NCBI GenBank assembly: GCA_043228905.1
Contig: JBHGNT010000017.1
Location: 3,410,001 to 3,474,000, forward strand
Direction of reading: 5' to 3'
DNA length: 64,000 bases
From: Azolla caroliniana
Taxonomy: Eukaryota; Plantae; Polypodiophyta
Under the pieces are notes generated by a model, which made no database searches, was not told where the DNA came from, and saw nothing but the letters and a program-made list of their open reading frames with translations. The translations under genes were made by a program, and so were the position numbers. Positions 33,695-45,700 of this stretch are shown here, in pieces; the stretch's first letter is position 1, and each line of letters begins with the position of its first letter.

Positions 33695-36046
33695 TTGTAT
33701 CTATATTAAAACAACAGGATAGTACAATAACCCTTGTTCCTTTTACAATAGTGTGGATCTTATGGCAAGCCAAACTCTCTAAGGTGCTGTAAGTTTAAAT
33801 GACATAAATGCAACTCCTAAGTGGATTGTCTCCATGAAGAAGTTGCAAAAACTTTCAAATCAATTTTCCTTTCATTTATGTACCCATCACAGTACTTCTT
33901 GGAGACAATTAAACAAGAAGCCTTTCTCATTTTCTCATATTGCTAAATAAATAAGGTTTTATGCCTAAACATATTTATTATTTGTTTTCTAATTGAATTG
34001 TTAAGTCACTTGATGCTATTTAGATTTCTCCAATTTCAGATATAAAGGTATTCCTTTGGGACAAACTAAGAAACCATAATATCAATGCTTCACATTTCCA
34101 CAAAATTGAGCAAATATACGCACACATGCAGACATATTGAAAGTAACCAACAAATCAATATTCCTTACATCCTTATATGGATTTGATTAGTTGTTGTGTA
34201 GTGTTTTAGAATTGAAATTTTGAGCATACATGATTGAAATTTTGAACTATGTGATGGGCATGTATTGATTTGTATGGTGAGGACCGAGGTATTGATTTGT
34301 TGTCTTTTATACCTTGTAGAAACACCAAGCGGGAAGCACCTATTCTAAAGCGCTAGACCTCACCCCATACTCCTCATTTGATCATGAGATCCTCACTCTA
34401 TCCACATGGTATTCATCTTAAGCTATCCCATCCTACTCAACACAAAATTGTGCTCAATCAGCCCCATCTATGATCATGTGAGACCTAGAGTTATAGGTGT
34501 CTTTATATACATTGACAAGTTCTAAGGTGGGATTGTAATTTTGAGCTACCTTTTTTGCACATACAAATACATTGAACTTGACCAACGTGCAAATCATAAT
34601 ATAGTCATAAGTTAAACTCCAATGTTAAAAGTGAAGGTAAAGAAATTAATGTTATTTCTCTATGTGGACATTGTGATATATCTACATCACTCTCGATATG
34701 TATAGATCAAATGAAAATTGTAATTACGTGGCAGTTATAGACCACAACAAACATACGTAATAAATGTTTCACAATATACCAAATTAGTAATTTCACACAA
34801 CTCCCTCAAATTGATTATTCTTCATAAAGTGGGAAGTGAGCATTGAAGATGTACAAACCAATTGAAATTCGACCCATGGATTTGGGTTTTATATTTTTAG
34901 TAAACTTCATGTGCAAGTGATTTTCCCAACTCATTGGACAAGTTCCAAGTTATGTTCTTGGTTCAACCTTGATGATTTGACATGAGTGTTCATGCATCAA
35001 TTAATGGTGGATCATTTTATAGTTTTATACGATAACTCTAAAGCAAGGGCCCATATACATTTACTTGAAGACCAAGATTATCATGAACTCTTCCAAAAGT
35101 ATTGGCATGCCCTTAATGATGGAGTATAATTATGACATTATCATGAAATGTGGACATACTAGTTAGACTACACAACTTACAAGATTGTAGACATGTGCAT
35201 CTTAACCATGCATTGAAAAACAAGAGATTATTTGGGGATAATATGTTTGAGATTATAACGAGTCATAACCATTTGTTCAACCTATGGCGACAAAAGTGAG
35301 GGGGGAAAACTTTTGATTTGTGGTCTCACAAAGTGCCCAACGGTTGTCAATTGGCATGTTGTGTGCAATTGATGGTCATTGACTTACCGTGGTAGCGTTA
35401 TAATTCTAAGGAACAACATTTTCAGCAAGATATGCATGTTGGATTGTCGTCTTTTTATGGGTCATCATGCCATCACCTTATGTCACCTACTCATGGGTCA
35501 TAATGAGACATGGGAAAGGAAGGTATAATGTGGCCGGCTAGTCAGCAACCAACATGCTAAAGAGCATTCATTAAGTTCACGTTGGCCTTGATTACGAGGA
35601 GCGACATGCTTTCACGGAGCTCGTTGAGTTAGACGTTGAGCTAGGAGGGCATGATTAGGAGGGCAAGGGTGGGCATCATGTTCATGTCTTGCAACAACCA
35701 ATGCCCACGAAAGCATACAAGACAATAAGAGGAATCTTGTGTGTGAGTATGCCTCTCTTTCTTTCTTTTTTTCCATAAAGAATGACTTCTCATTACGAAA
35801 GGAAAAAACACAACACCATGACTACCTTACAACAAAGTATGGAGCCCTTCCAGGGATTTAAATACTACTACGACTACAAACTCAATCCCACCCTACACAC
35901 CAATTCAAATGTCGAATATGACGATATGTGACTTTCCAGGGTTCTATCTCTTCATGGTTGAGATTTCGCGAGTTCTCTAGCACTGACAATTGCCACAAAA
36001 GAAGTCCCTTTTTACTTATGCCCCCATATAAATATACTAAGCGTAC

Positions 36047-36071
36047 ATATGTATAGATATACATACATACA

Positions 36072-36107
<36 letters not shown>

Positions 36108-36200
36108 TATACATACATATATATATATATATATATATGACATACATACATATTATATATATATATATATATATTATATGTGTGTGTGTGTATATGTATA
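36047..36200. repeat. (TACA)n/(TA)n/(TG)n microsatellite upstream of the UBA gene
   Basis: Direct reading. Confidence 0.9.
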
Positions 36201-36754
36201 GTTGGAGGGGGGCCTTCTTTGGAATTTTGAAGAATTTTAAGGACTAAAAAGAGAACATGGAATGATCTAGGCTTTTCCATCCACACACACAGAGACAGAC
36301 GGACGCAGACGCCACGCACACAGAGCTGTTAACCCTAATTCCTTCCTTCGCCATCGCTAAATATTGGTTTGTCTTCCCTTTCCATATCTTCTCAGGCTGC
36401 GCTCTTTCATCAGGTAAAGCTCTTCTCTCTTCCTCCTGCTCCTTTCTGTGCTGTTCTTCGGCCGTCTCTTCTTCGCCCTTTCTCTCTTGTGCTTTCCTCT
36501 ACGTTTCGGCCTGGCCGATATTTCTTCTTCTTTCTCGCATTATTATTGATCTATTTCCTCTTCTCTGTTTTGGCTCCGGTTTTCCTGTTTCTTGCTGGAT
36601 TTTGTCGAGTGTTTGGTTTGTCTTTGGATCTGTCACCTCTTGTTTCCGCATGCGGACATCCATTCAGATGGCGTTTCTCCTCTGCTAACCTTTTTTTTGC
36701 CGAGATCTTTGGTTAGCAATTGGTTGACTCATGTTTGATCTGCGTGCTGCTTCC

Positions 36755-37310
36755 CAGAGATTTCATTTGCTTCTGTATAAAACATCAAGCTATGGAACCT
36801 GTTCTAGTTTTTGACCTTAAATAACAGAGATTTCATGCTCTACTGGAGATTCATTAGCCATCCAGCTATGGAACCTTACACCTTTAAGATGGAGGTTTCG
36901 TGATGCAGTGGAAATGCCAGCTATGGAGCTTTTGATCATACTTATGACTTGCAGAAATCTCATGACGCAGTGGAGATGCTTGATATCGAATCCTTTTTTC
37001 TAGTTCTAGATGTTAAACAAAAGAGATTTCCTGGTGCAGTGAAGATATCGAATGAAACCTGTTCTAGTTCTAGATGACAAACTGCAGAGATTTCCTGAAA
37101 CAATGAAGATATGAAACGGAATCTTATGTTCTACTTCGAAATATTAAACAAACTTTATTTCTTCATTTGGTGAAGATATTGTATGGTGCCTTGTATTCTA
37201 GTTCTAAACAGTGACACAGATTTCCTGATGCAGAAAGCATCCTATGGAACCTACAGATGTTAAATGGAAGAAATTCCCCTGGAGATGAGTTAAGATTCTG
37301 TGGAATGTTG
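36755..37310. repeat. Degenerate ~60-70-bp tandem array in the 5'UTR intron of the UBA gene
   Basis: Recurrent CAGAGATTTC..ATGCAGTGGAGAT..CTATGGAACC..TTCTAGTTCTAGA. Intron donor ~36414 (CAG|GTAAAG), acceptor 37686. Confidence 0.65.
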
Positions 37311-37688
37311 TTATTGTTCTAATTGTTATGTTTGGGAGTGTGCTTGTATACATGCTATTGCTTCATGTCTTTGTTTTAACTTTCCATGCTTTAATCTCAG
37401 GTTTGCCTTCATTTGAGGACCATGTTGTTTGCCTTTAATGAAGTAAAAATTCTGTTCGTTTTTAATTATGTAAACTTTGATTGTATTAGATGCAGTAAAC
37501 ATTTTTCCTGTCTGTAGTACAGTAAAGTTCGTTATAGTTTTAAACATTAAATTGTGGAGTGTTTGTTTCTGTCTGATACAACTTCCTGTCATTTTCTTAA
37601 GGCTGTTATCTTAGTTAAAATTATTCTTATCTAGAACAAAAGCTTGAGATGTATGCAGTGAACATTGATTTTTCATTCATCTGCAGCA

Positions 37689-39707
37689 ATGTCTCCAGTG
37701 AAGCAAAAATCAAAAGACAAACAGACAGCACGAGACCGGAAAGCGTCAGCAGCTCGGCAGATGGCTAATGGAAGTGCTAGTGCTTATAATCCTCTATCTG
37801 GAACATTTCATACCCTAGATTCTACTGCCACAGAAACAGGGGTTGGATATCTTAATGGAAGGTTTAAATCGATAGTAGAAGATGATGATGGTGCCAGTTG
37901 GAATGGAGGCACCACTGAGTTGGAATGCATGTCAAATACTGGTAGTTGTTCAGGGGAATCAGAGGATCTGAAGGAGAGGCACACATCAGGAAAAGCAGGG
38001 TATAATGGTGGAATTGTAGGTGGCGCTGATAAACGGGAGAAAGTGCGGGGAAAGAATGAACGTAAACACCAGAGACAAAAGGAGAGGAGAGCACAAGAAC
38101 TGAGAGATAAGTGTACCAGTTACCTCATGTCTAGGAAGCTTGAATCTCTTTCACAACAGCTAGTGGCAATGGGGTTTTCTCAAGAGCGAGCTACCATGGC
38201 TCTTATTTTTAATGATGGTCGTGTCGAACAGTCTGTTGCATGGCTCTTAGAGGGAGGAGAAAGCCAGGTGCAGGAAGATTGGAATGCAGGCACCAATCCA
38301 AAGATAGATATATCTGAGGAGCTTGGTCGTATCCATGAAATAGAGAACAAGTACAAATTCTCAAGGCCTGAGATTGAGAGGGCTATTGTGTCATGTGAAG
38401 GAGATTTAAACAAAGCACTGGAGAGCTTGCGAACACAATGCCAGAGTAGTTCACCTACACATGATGAAGGGAGCAAACCTCAAAATGGTCCCAAAGACTC
38501 CATCAGATCAGAACTACATGCAGCAGCAGCAGCAGTATTGCATTCACAAGGAGGAAATCCACCAAGAACCAATGGAATATTGCAACAAGCTTATCAGCTT
38601 CGAAGGGATGAGAGGGTTACAACCCAGTCTGCAAAACCTAAAGCACAAACTAATACTACAATTGCTTCTACGTCTCCGGAAGCATTGTCTAAAGATCCAT
38701 CTCATACTGCGAAAGTGTTAAACACAGTAACTGATTTTCCGAATCCAGCGTTGCCTTCAGAAAGGAGAGGATACGCTCAGGGTGCAAGGATTCCTTTGAT
38801 TCCCACAGGGCTTTCTCCACCATATACTTCACATTTTCCACCTGTTCCAAAACATGAATCTGGAATCGTGTTTGGAGATCCAAAATTGACTAATGCTCCT
38901 ACCATGACTTCAATCCTGACTACAGCATCAAAGGATCCAATTCACAATCGTCAATTTGTTCAAACAAGCATCCCTACGATAGCACCCTCGGATAATATCC
39001 CTGTTATGTCTTCAACACCTGCCTACTCTCCATACAGCTGGGGTCACAGTTTGGTAGATATTGGGTCTCCACATGGAGTGCTTTATGCTAATCCTGCTCA
39101 GAATGATGTGATTGCAAAGGTTGTGAATGCAAGGAAAAAAACTACGGAGACTTTTGAAACTGGGAGAGCAGAGATGCAAAGCCATTACAGTGCCATGGGA
39201 TCAATACAACTGGAGCATCTGGCTTCTCATCAGCGGGGCAGTTCAAGTTGGATTGGGAATGGGATGACTTCAAATGAAAGCTCTCCCAGACATTCTCAGA
39301 GTTCTGCGGCACCAACATATGGCCTCTTCACTGGCTGGGGCAGTGGTCTATCTCGTTCCTCTGTGGATTGGAGCACAGGTCCCATGCCAAATTTTGACTA
39401 CAGAAACATTGATTGGAGTATGAATGCATCCCCTACCCCGACCATACATCATCATCGTGTCTCAAGATCAATGAATTCCTTCACATTACAGGAGAGAGAG
39501 CGCTATTACTGGAACAAAGGTGAAGAAAGAGGATCTCAGAGAGAGTCTCTTAACAATCAGATGGGTGTTTGGAAGGTAGGTTCATCATCTGCCTCGCAGG
39601 AAAACACATCTGGTGGCTCAGGGAATACAAGTCATGAGTGGACATCACCATTTGCCGGGAAGGATCTGTTTAATCTTCCTCAGGCAGTTCCATCACCATC
39701 ATTATGA
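37689..39707 (+). CDS. Ubiquitin-associated (UBA/TS-N) domain protein, At2g26920/At5g12120-like, 672 aa
   Basis: AYNPLSGTFHTL; KNERKHQRQKERRAQEL; UBA QQLVAMGFSQERATMAL...VAWLL; second UBA-like EIERAIVSCEGDL; C-terminal EWTSPFAGKDLF. The ATG follows a splice acceptor. Confidence 0.9.
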   Translation: MSPVKQKSKDKQTARDRKASAARQMANGSASAYNPLSGTFHTLDSTATETGVGYLNGRFKSIVEDDDGASWNGGTTELECMSNTGSCSGESEDLKERHTSGKAGYNGGIVGGADKREKVRGKNERKHQRQKERRAQELRDKCTSYLMSRKLESLSQQLVAMGFSQERATMALIFNDGRVEQSVAWLLEGGESQVQEDWNAGTNPKIDISEELGRIHEIENKYKFSRPEIERAIVSCEGDLNKALESLRTQCQSSSPTHDEGSKPQNGPKDSIRSELHAAAAAVLHSQGGNPPRTNGILQQAYQLRRDERVTTQSAKPKAQTNTTIASTSPEALSKDPSHTAKVLNTVTDFPNPALPSERRGYAQGARIPLIPTGLSPPYTSHFPPVPKHESGIVFGDPKLTNAPTMTSILTTASKDPIHNRQFVQTSIPTIAPSDNIPVMSSTPAYSPYSWGHSLVDIGSPHGVLYANPAQNDVIAKVVNARKKTTETFETGRAEMQSHYSAMGSIQLEHLASHQRGSSSWIGNGMTSNESSPRHSQSSAAPTYGLFTGWGSGLSRSSVDWSTGPMPNFDYRNIDWSMNASPTPTIHHHRVSRSMNSFTLQERERYYWNKGEERGSQRESLNNQMGVWKVGSSSASQENTSGGSGNTSHEWTSPFAGKDLFNLPQAVPSPSL

Positions 39708-40665
39708 ACATGCATTATTGTTGCTCTACTGAATGTTTCTATCATGGGTGGAGCATTTCTGCATTGTAAACCTTCCATGCATGATTTGATGTCGTTGATG
39801 GGCTATATAGAATAAACATTTTGCTTTCTTTACATGCCTCTTTGTTCAGTTATATGAGTTAATTGAAATGTCTGTTTAGCTCCTTTCGAATGATTTTGAA
39901 GAACAAACTCTGTGCTCAGGACATGTACATTCAGAAGCCATGATTGTTTAGGAATGGTAAAACCTGAGCCATCTTAGATCAAATCATGGGGTTCAAGAAT
40001 GTGAAGGAAGATCAACAGAATTACAAGGCATTTCTTCAAGAACTAATATAGTTCTCATGAAGATAGAAGAATTTACGGCACATAGTTCAGTGCAATAACA
40101 GTAAAGCATCTAAAAAAAGCTTTCACTGCTACAACAGTATTGTTGAATAAAAACATTATAGGCTTGAAAAAAACAGAAGACATAATCAATGCAGTGTTAG
40201 TTGAGCTTATTTTAGCTAGTGTGCCTTTTTAGGCTCTATGTTTATTATTGTCTGAAAGGGTAGATATTCCCAAAAACCTACCTAAACTAACATCAAAACC
40301 TACCACTTGATGGATCACAAAAAGAAGAAACCATTATTCTCATGTCTTGTCAAGGCAGTGGCTATGGAAAATAAGAAAATGCTTTTGGCATAGATGCCCT
40401 AATTGTTTTACTGGAGCCTTGATCTCATGCAAGGAAAAATGCATGCTATGATTTTTTGAAGTCATTATTTTGATCGTGCCTTGATCTCTTGGCAGAGAAA
40501 AAACCATCTGCTAAGATTGCTTTGTATGAATGAGGAAACAGACTTCTCTGTTTATACAGATTCATACAAACATGAGTTGAATGCATCTCAGGCAGGATTC
40601 CAGAATGATGCAATGTTAGGTATCTTAAATAGAAGTAATTATTAGTAGATTTTAATTTACCACTT

Positions 40666-40817
40666 TGTAACAGTGTTACTAGTCACATGAATAAAGATCT
40701 TGTGCCTGAGTATTAGCCACATGAGTAAAACTAAAGCCATGTGTAACAGTGTTACTAGTCACATGAATAAAGATCTTGTGCCTGAGTATTAGCCACATGA
40801 GTAAAACTAAAGCCATG
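40666..40817. repeat. Perfect 76-bp tandem duplication
   Basis: TGTAACAGTGTTACTAGTC...AAAGCCATG at 40666 and 40742. Confidence 0.93.
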
Positions 40818-42723
40818 TTTTACATTGTGATGATGTAAAATGACCAAAAGCTATAATGTTTTTGCTAACTGGGGGATATGTTCATAGGTTCCATGAATTA
40901 GGAGATATATTAGTGCTATCATGTTATAGCCGATGTAGTTTAATACAGTATTAAAATCAATATTAAAACGTGGTTCATCAGTATTAGGTGTATTCTGGCC
41001 CCATGTATTCAGTGGATCTCTTCTCTTAGTAATTCATCTTCTTTTTAGTAGTTCCTCCACAGGAGAACATGCTCACGTTGTTCCCTTGGTCATTCTTCCA
41101 TTTCATTAAGAAGAGTATATCGTTATTCTTGTACATTAACAATAACTCTGCTCCACTAAATATTGATGGAACAACCTCTATTTTTTCAGCTGGTTGCTGA
41201 AGAAGAAGTCAGTTTCTCTAGTGGATTATGATGCACAATCATTTTTCTCTTTTAGAATGCACTCTGCCCATACAAATCTACTGACAACAAATGCACATCC
41301 ATTCCATTATGCGTGACATAACATTTCAATCCATGATGGATCTATCTTGATTTGCGTTAAACAAAATGGCATATAATGGTGCTTCCACTCAAATAATGTA
41401 ATTTACTCTTTTCCACTTTCACCTCCAAGGTTCAAAGTATTTTAAAGACATCAATTTCCAAAATATACATGGAGGTCTCTACATTTTTCAGAATTTCAAA
41501 TGGATAATACAAATGGAAAGAACTAGACTAGATCAGCATGGCTTACATGGAATTACCATAAATTTAGTTACGCTGATGTAGATACATTACCAAATTCAAT
41601 CTAAAGCTATCGTTTCCAACCTATCAGATTAAACAACTATCACACATCTCCCTACCAAATCAAGGTAAGATTCACATCACAGTGCCACCTACTATTAAGT
41701 TTTTTACTGACAAATTGGGAACCTATTGTTAAGCTTCGCCTAATTAAGTTATAAATCTTCACAACTGGTTACTGAGCAACAACATGAACACAGAATTGAT
41801 ACGATGCACCATGTCGTGTTAAAGAGGAGAATGTGATGTAATCACTTTCTTCCTATTCCGACCAACTGAATGAAAGTAGAGGATAAGTAGCACACTAGTT
41901 CGTTGGGAAATTACATTCTTCACGATTCCAAGAACAAGGAATCGGAGATGCATTACATACAATTATACAGGGTCATCTTCATATGCCTGAAAGCTTATCT
42001 ATTGTGACTAGTAAAGAATGGGTTTACTTATACACCATCTGAATAGAAATAGAGGATAAATCAGAGGCACACTAGTTGGTTGGGAGATAGCATTCTTCTC
42101 GGTTCCAAGAACAAGATATTGGAGATGCGTTGCATTCTGTCGATCTGAAGTTCTACATGACAGACAACATTTTGTTTCCATATCCCAAGGCCACCCTAAT
42201 AACACCCCATTGAGAGGTCAGAAGATACAACCAGTCCTGACTTATATAGATAATTTGGTTACTACGACGAGTTGGTTCAACGGAAAGGAAAATTGAGAGC
42301 ATATACAAGCTATATATGAGAAGCAACATCTACAAGGTTCATAAGACAACTGAACCTTGAACTTACCGTTGTCATCTCTGAGCGAGTACTTCACTTTGTG
42401 CACAAGCATCTCTTCCTTAGACCTATGTTTTTACACAAGTCCTTCCATAAAATGCATTCATTTCCTGCTGTTTTTGGCTTTGTTGAGGCTTTACCATTTT
42501 TCTCTGTTAATCCACAGGTTCTGTCTGAGCAACTGTCAAGCTTCTTCTTCTTAGTGCCCTTTGTCTAGAGGGACAGACCCTCACCTTGATGGCTGCCGCT
42601 CAGTCTAACCAGGTCATTCCTTACCCTACACAGGTCAGGTACAGTTCTATCCTCAGGGTGGTTCAGCCACATAATTCACCACAAGTCAAGCTATTCCACA
42701 CTGCCCGCCATCACTTTGTAAGC

Positions 42724-45700
42724 CTAAGCAATAACAAAATTAAGTTCGACAGGAATTGCTGACCCATTAGAAGAAACGGTGTTTACTACTTTTGCTTTTG
42801 AGGCTTCCCCCGCCTGGCAAGGAGTAGTAAGGAGAGGAGACTGAAACCCAGAGTTTGTTCCATTTTGATGCAATACATGATCCTTCTCCACAGCTGATTG
42901 AGTTTTTGCATTAGTTACGAAAACCCCACTTTGACAATAATTTCCCATAGAGTGTGAGAATCCAACAGAATAAACATAAGGCAAATAGCCCACATTTGCA
43001 CGTGGTGGATGTGCGTGTATGTCTATAGCTCCATTCAGTGCTTTTGATGAGTTAATAAGCCCACTCGACTTCATACTAATGTGTTTTTGGTTAATGCTAA
43101 GTGAAACTTGCTGATTGGATGAGTCAACCTGTGAGGAATGAGGATACTGTTGTGATGAGAGGTAGTTGTCATAAGAACCTTGCATATATTGTAAAGAAGT
43201 CTGCCTTGATACAGAGTGTTGAAACTGTTGGTGATGATAGAACTGTGGCTGCATATAGATATCCTCCTCTTGCGATTGCATTCTTGGATTTTGTGACTTT
43301 CTTGAATCTATTTGTGTTTTTTCCTGTGGTGGATAGGTCTGAACCACTGAATGCTTCACACTCTTAACATTCTGTTGCTGTTTCATATCATATATATTAT
43401 CTTGATGACAGGACTGTTGTGGTTGGAAACCTCCCACAGTTACCCTAATTGACGGACGAAGAACTTGTGTAGTAGGCCCTGAAAATGGCGCAGTTGTAGC
43501 TTGCTTCTGCGTCATATTAGCTGCACTGGGTAGATTTTCGGCAACTGAATTGGTACCAGGTTTCAAAGAACTTGAATGAAAAAAAGATGCAGCTCTGGAC
43601 ACAGTGGGCAAATGCCTCTGCTGCAAAAAAGCATCTTGTTGTTTTTTGGCGAAATAATCTTGGTGTCTTGGAACAGTAACAGATCCATGTGATTCAGTAT
43701 ATATTGAATGAGACATTGTAGATGGTCCCACTTGATTTTCAGAAATCTTTCCTTGGGATTCATAATGATTCTTTGCAATTAGGCTCTGCTTTGCCCCATC
43801 ATTATTACTCCCCTGAGTTTGTCCTTGGTAAGCTATGGACATATTGTTGCATTTATATTCATTGACCATAGTTATTCCTCCAATTTTTAGAGATGTTGCA
43901 GCAGTAGAAGAAATGAAACTAAGGTTTCCATGAGATAAACCTGAGAACTGAAGAGAAGCACTGGGAATGCCTTGTGGCAAAGATGCTACACCTGAAAAAA
44001 TATCTGTATTCTTCTCATTAATCACTTTGCTAGTTTTAGAGTCTTGTTTCAACTTTCTTGTTGTGTTTGTAGCAGACCCTCTATTCATCCTTGAGAGACC
44101 AACTGCTGCCATCTCTGCCTTTCCTTGATCAATCCCATAAGAAAATCTGGTCCCTTCCAAGTTTGACGGAAGCTTTGCAACAAACACTTTGTTCTGAATG
44201 ACCATATCTTTATTGTATCTCTGCTGCTGAGATTTCTTCTTTGAAGATCTTACATTCAAACCACCAACTGCATATGTGCTCAATCCAATATGTGATTGAA
44301 GAGATCCCCTACTTGAGCATAATGCTGATTTACCAGATAAATCTTGTGAAGCTTGCAAAGTTCTGATCTTCTCATCTAGATGCAATGCTGTTTTATTTGA
44401 TTTATCATACGGGCCAAGCTGCTGTGAAGAATCTTTTCTCTGCTGCAGAGACAGCGCAGGCAGAGCTGGTTGTTGCTGTTGGTTCACATTGAGGTTTTCA
44501 TCATCAGATTGTGCCGTAAATACTGCGTAATGACAATGGCCGGAAGTCTGTATATCAGAGATCCCATCACTACACATATATTGTTGAACTGCGGTCATTT
44601 GTTTACTCTCAGCTGATGAAGCTGATTGTCCACCTATATTATTCTCTTCTCTTTCTCTAGAATTTCGTTGTGAATCATGATGAGATTGAGAACACAAAGC
44701 AGGGGAAAAGTTTTTCTGCTGTAATTGAGTTATACTGCTTCCAGTCCAATTTTGTAGAGAACTTAATTTAGAGCCCTTTTGTTTGGGGGCAGAACTCGGT
44801 TGTGGCTGCAAAATTACATGAAAGAAAGGGTTCTTAAAGTAATGTGGTATATTGGAAGATATAAGCATACTATTGTAGTAAGAACTTAATAGTTGCAGAT
44901 GAGGAAAACAGTGATAACAAACCTGTTGTTGATTCTCATGACTTGATACTGTTTGAGGGGATTCAAAATGTTCACCAGGAAACGACAATGATGTTTCACC
45001 ATGCTGACAACTAGCTTGCAAATAAGACATATGAGTACGAAGTACATTTAAAGACTGCGAGTCTGAAACTGCGGAGCTAACCAACATATTCTCTGACCTT
45101 GCCTTGGTTCTTAAACCTGTCTGTTAAGTTAACATTAAACAAAGGTCCAACCCAAATAAAAATTTAATGTTTAGTTTAGAAATTCTGCAAATTGAGAGAA
45201 GAGTGCTGAGAAAAACCTCGTTGTGCAATATTTGTTCATTATGTGGTGAAGAAACATATGGAATCAGCCCTTTCTCTTGTGATACAATAGTTTGGGATTT
45301 CTGATTTTGAGAGCCTGATACTGGCCTTGAATTCCTGCTACCAGGGGATTCACTCCCTGAAAAACTTGTCAATCCACTCATTGAACTTGGAGCACAAACC
45401 ATGTTACCAGGATGGGAACACTTCAGATTGTAATGCCTGATATCAAAGGAGCTTGCTCTCATGTTCGTGTTGGGCTCTGCCCTAAGAGGGTTCTGTTGAA
45501 TATTCTGCTGAGTATTGATGAAACGAGCTATATATACATGGATAAAACACCTCTTGCAAGGTTGCCTGCTACCAGCAACCTGCATTTGAACATATATCGC
45601 ATAAAAAATACATTCCCTTTGTCCCTCTAAACCAAAGCCGAGTTGAATTACTAGAAGCGTTATACAGGAATATTAGTTTCTTTGGAGTTCATGTTTCCTT

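Noticed and set aside
41866-42135. Diverged ~90-bp direct repeat downstream of the TIC-like gene
   Set aside because: Real but ordinary local duplication with no coding or structural signal.
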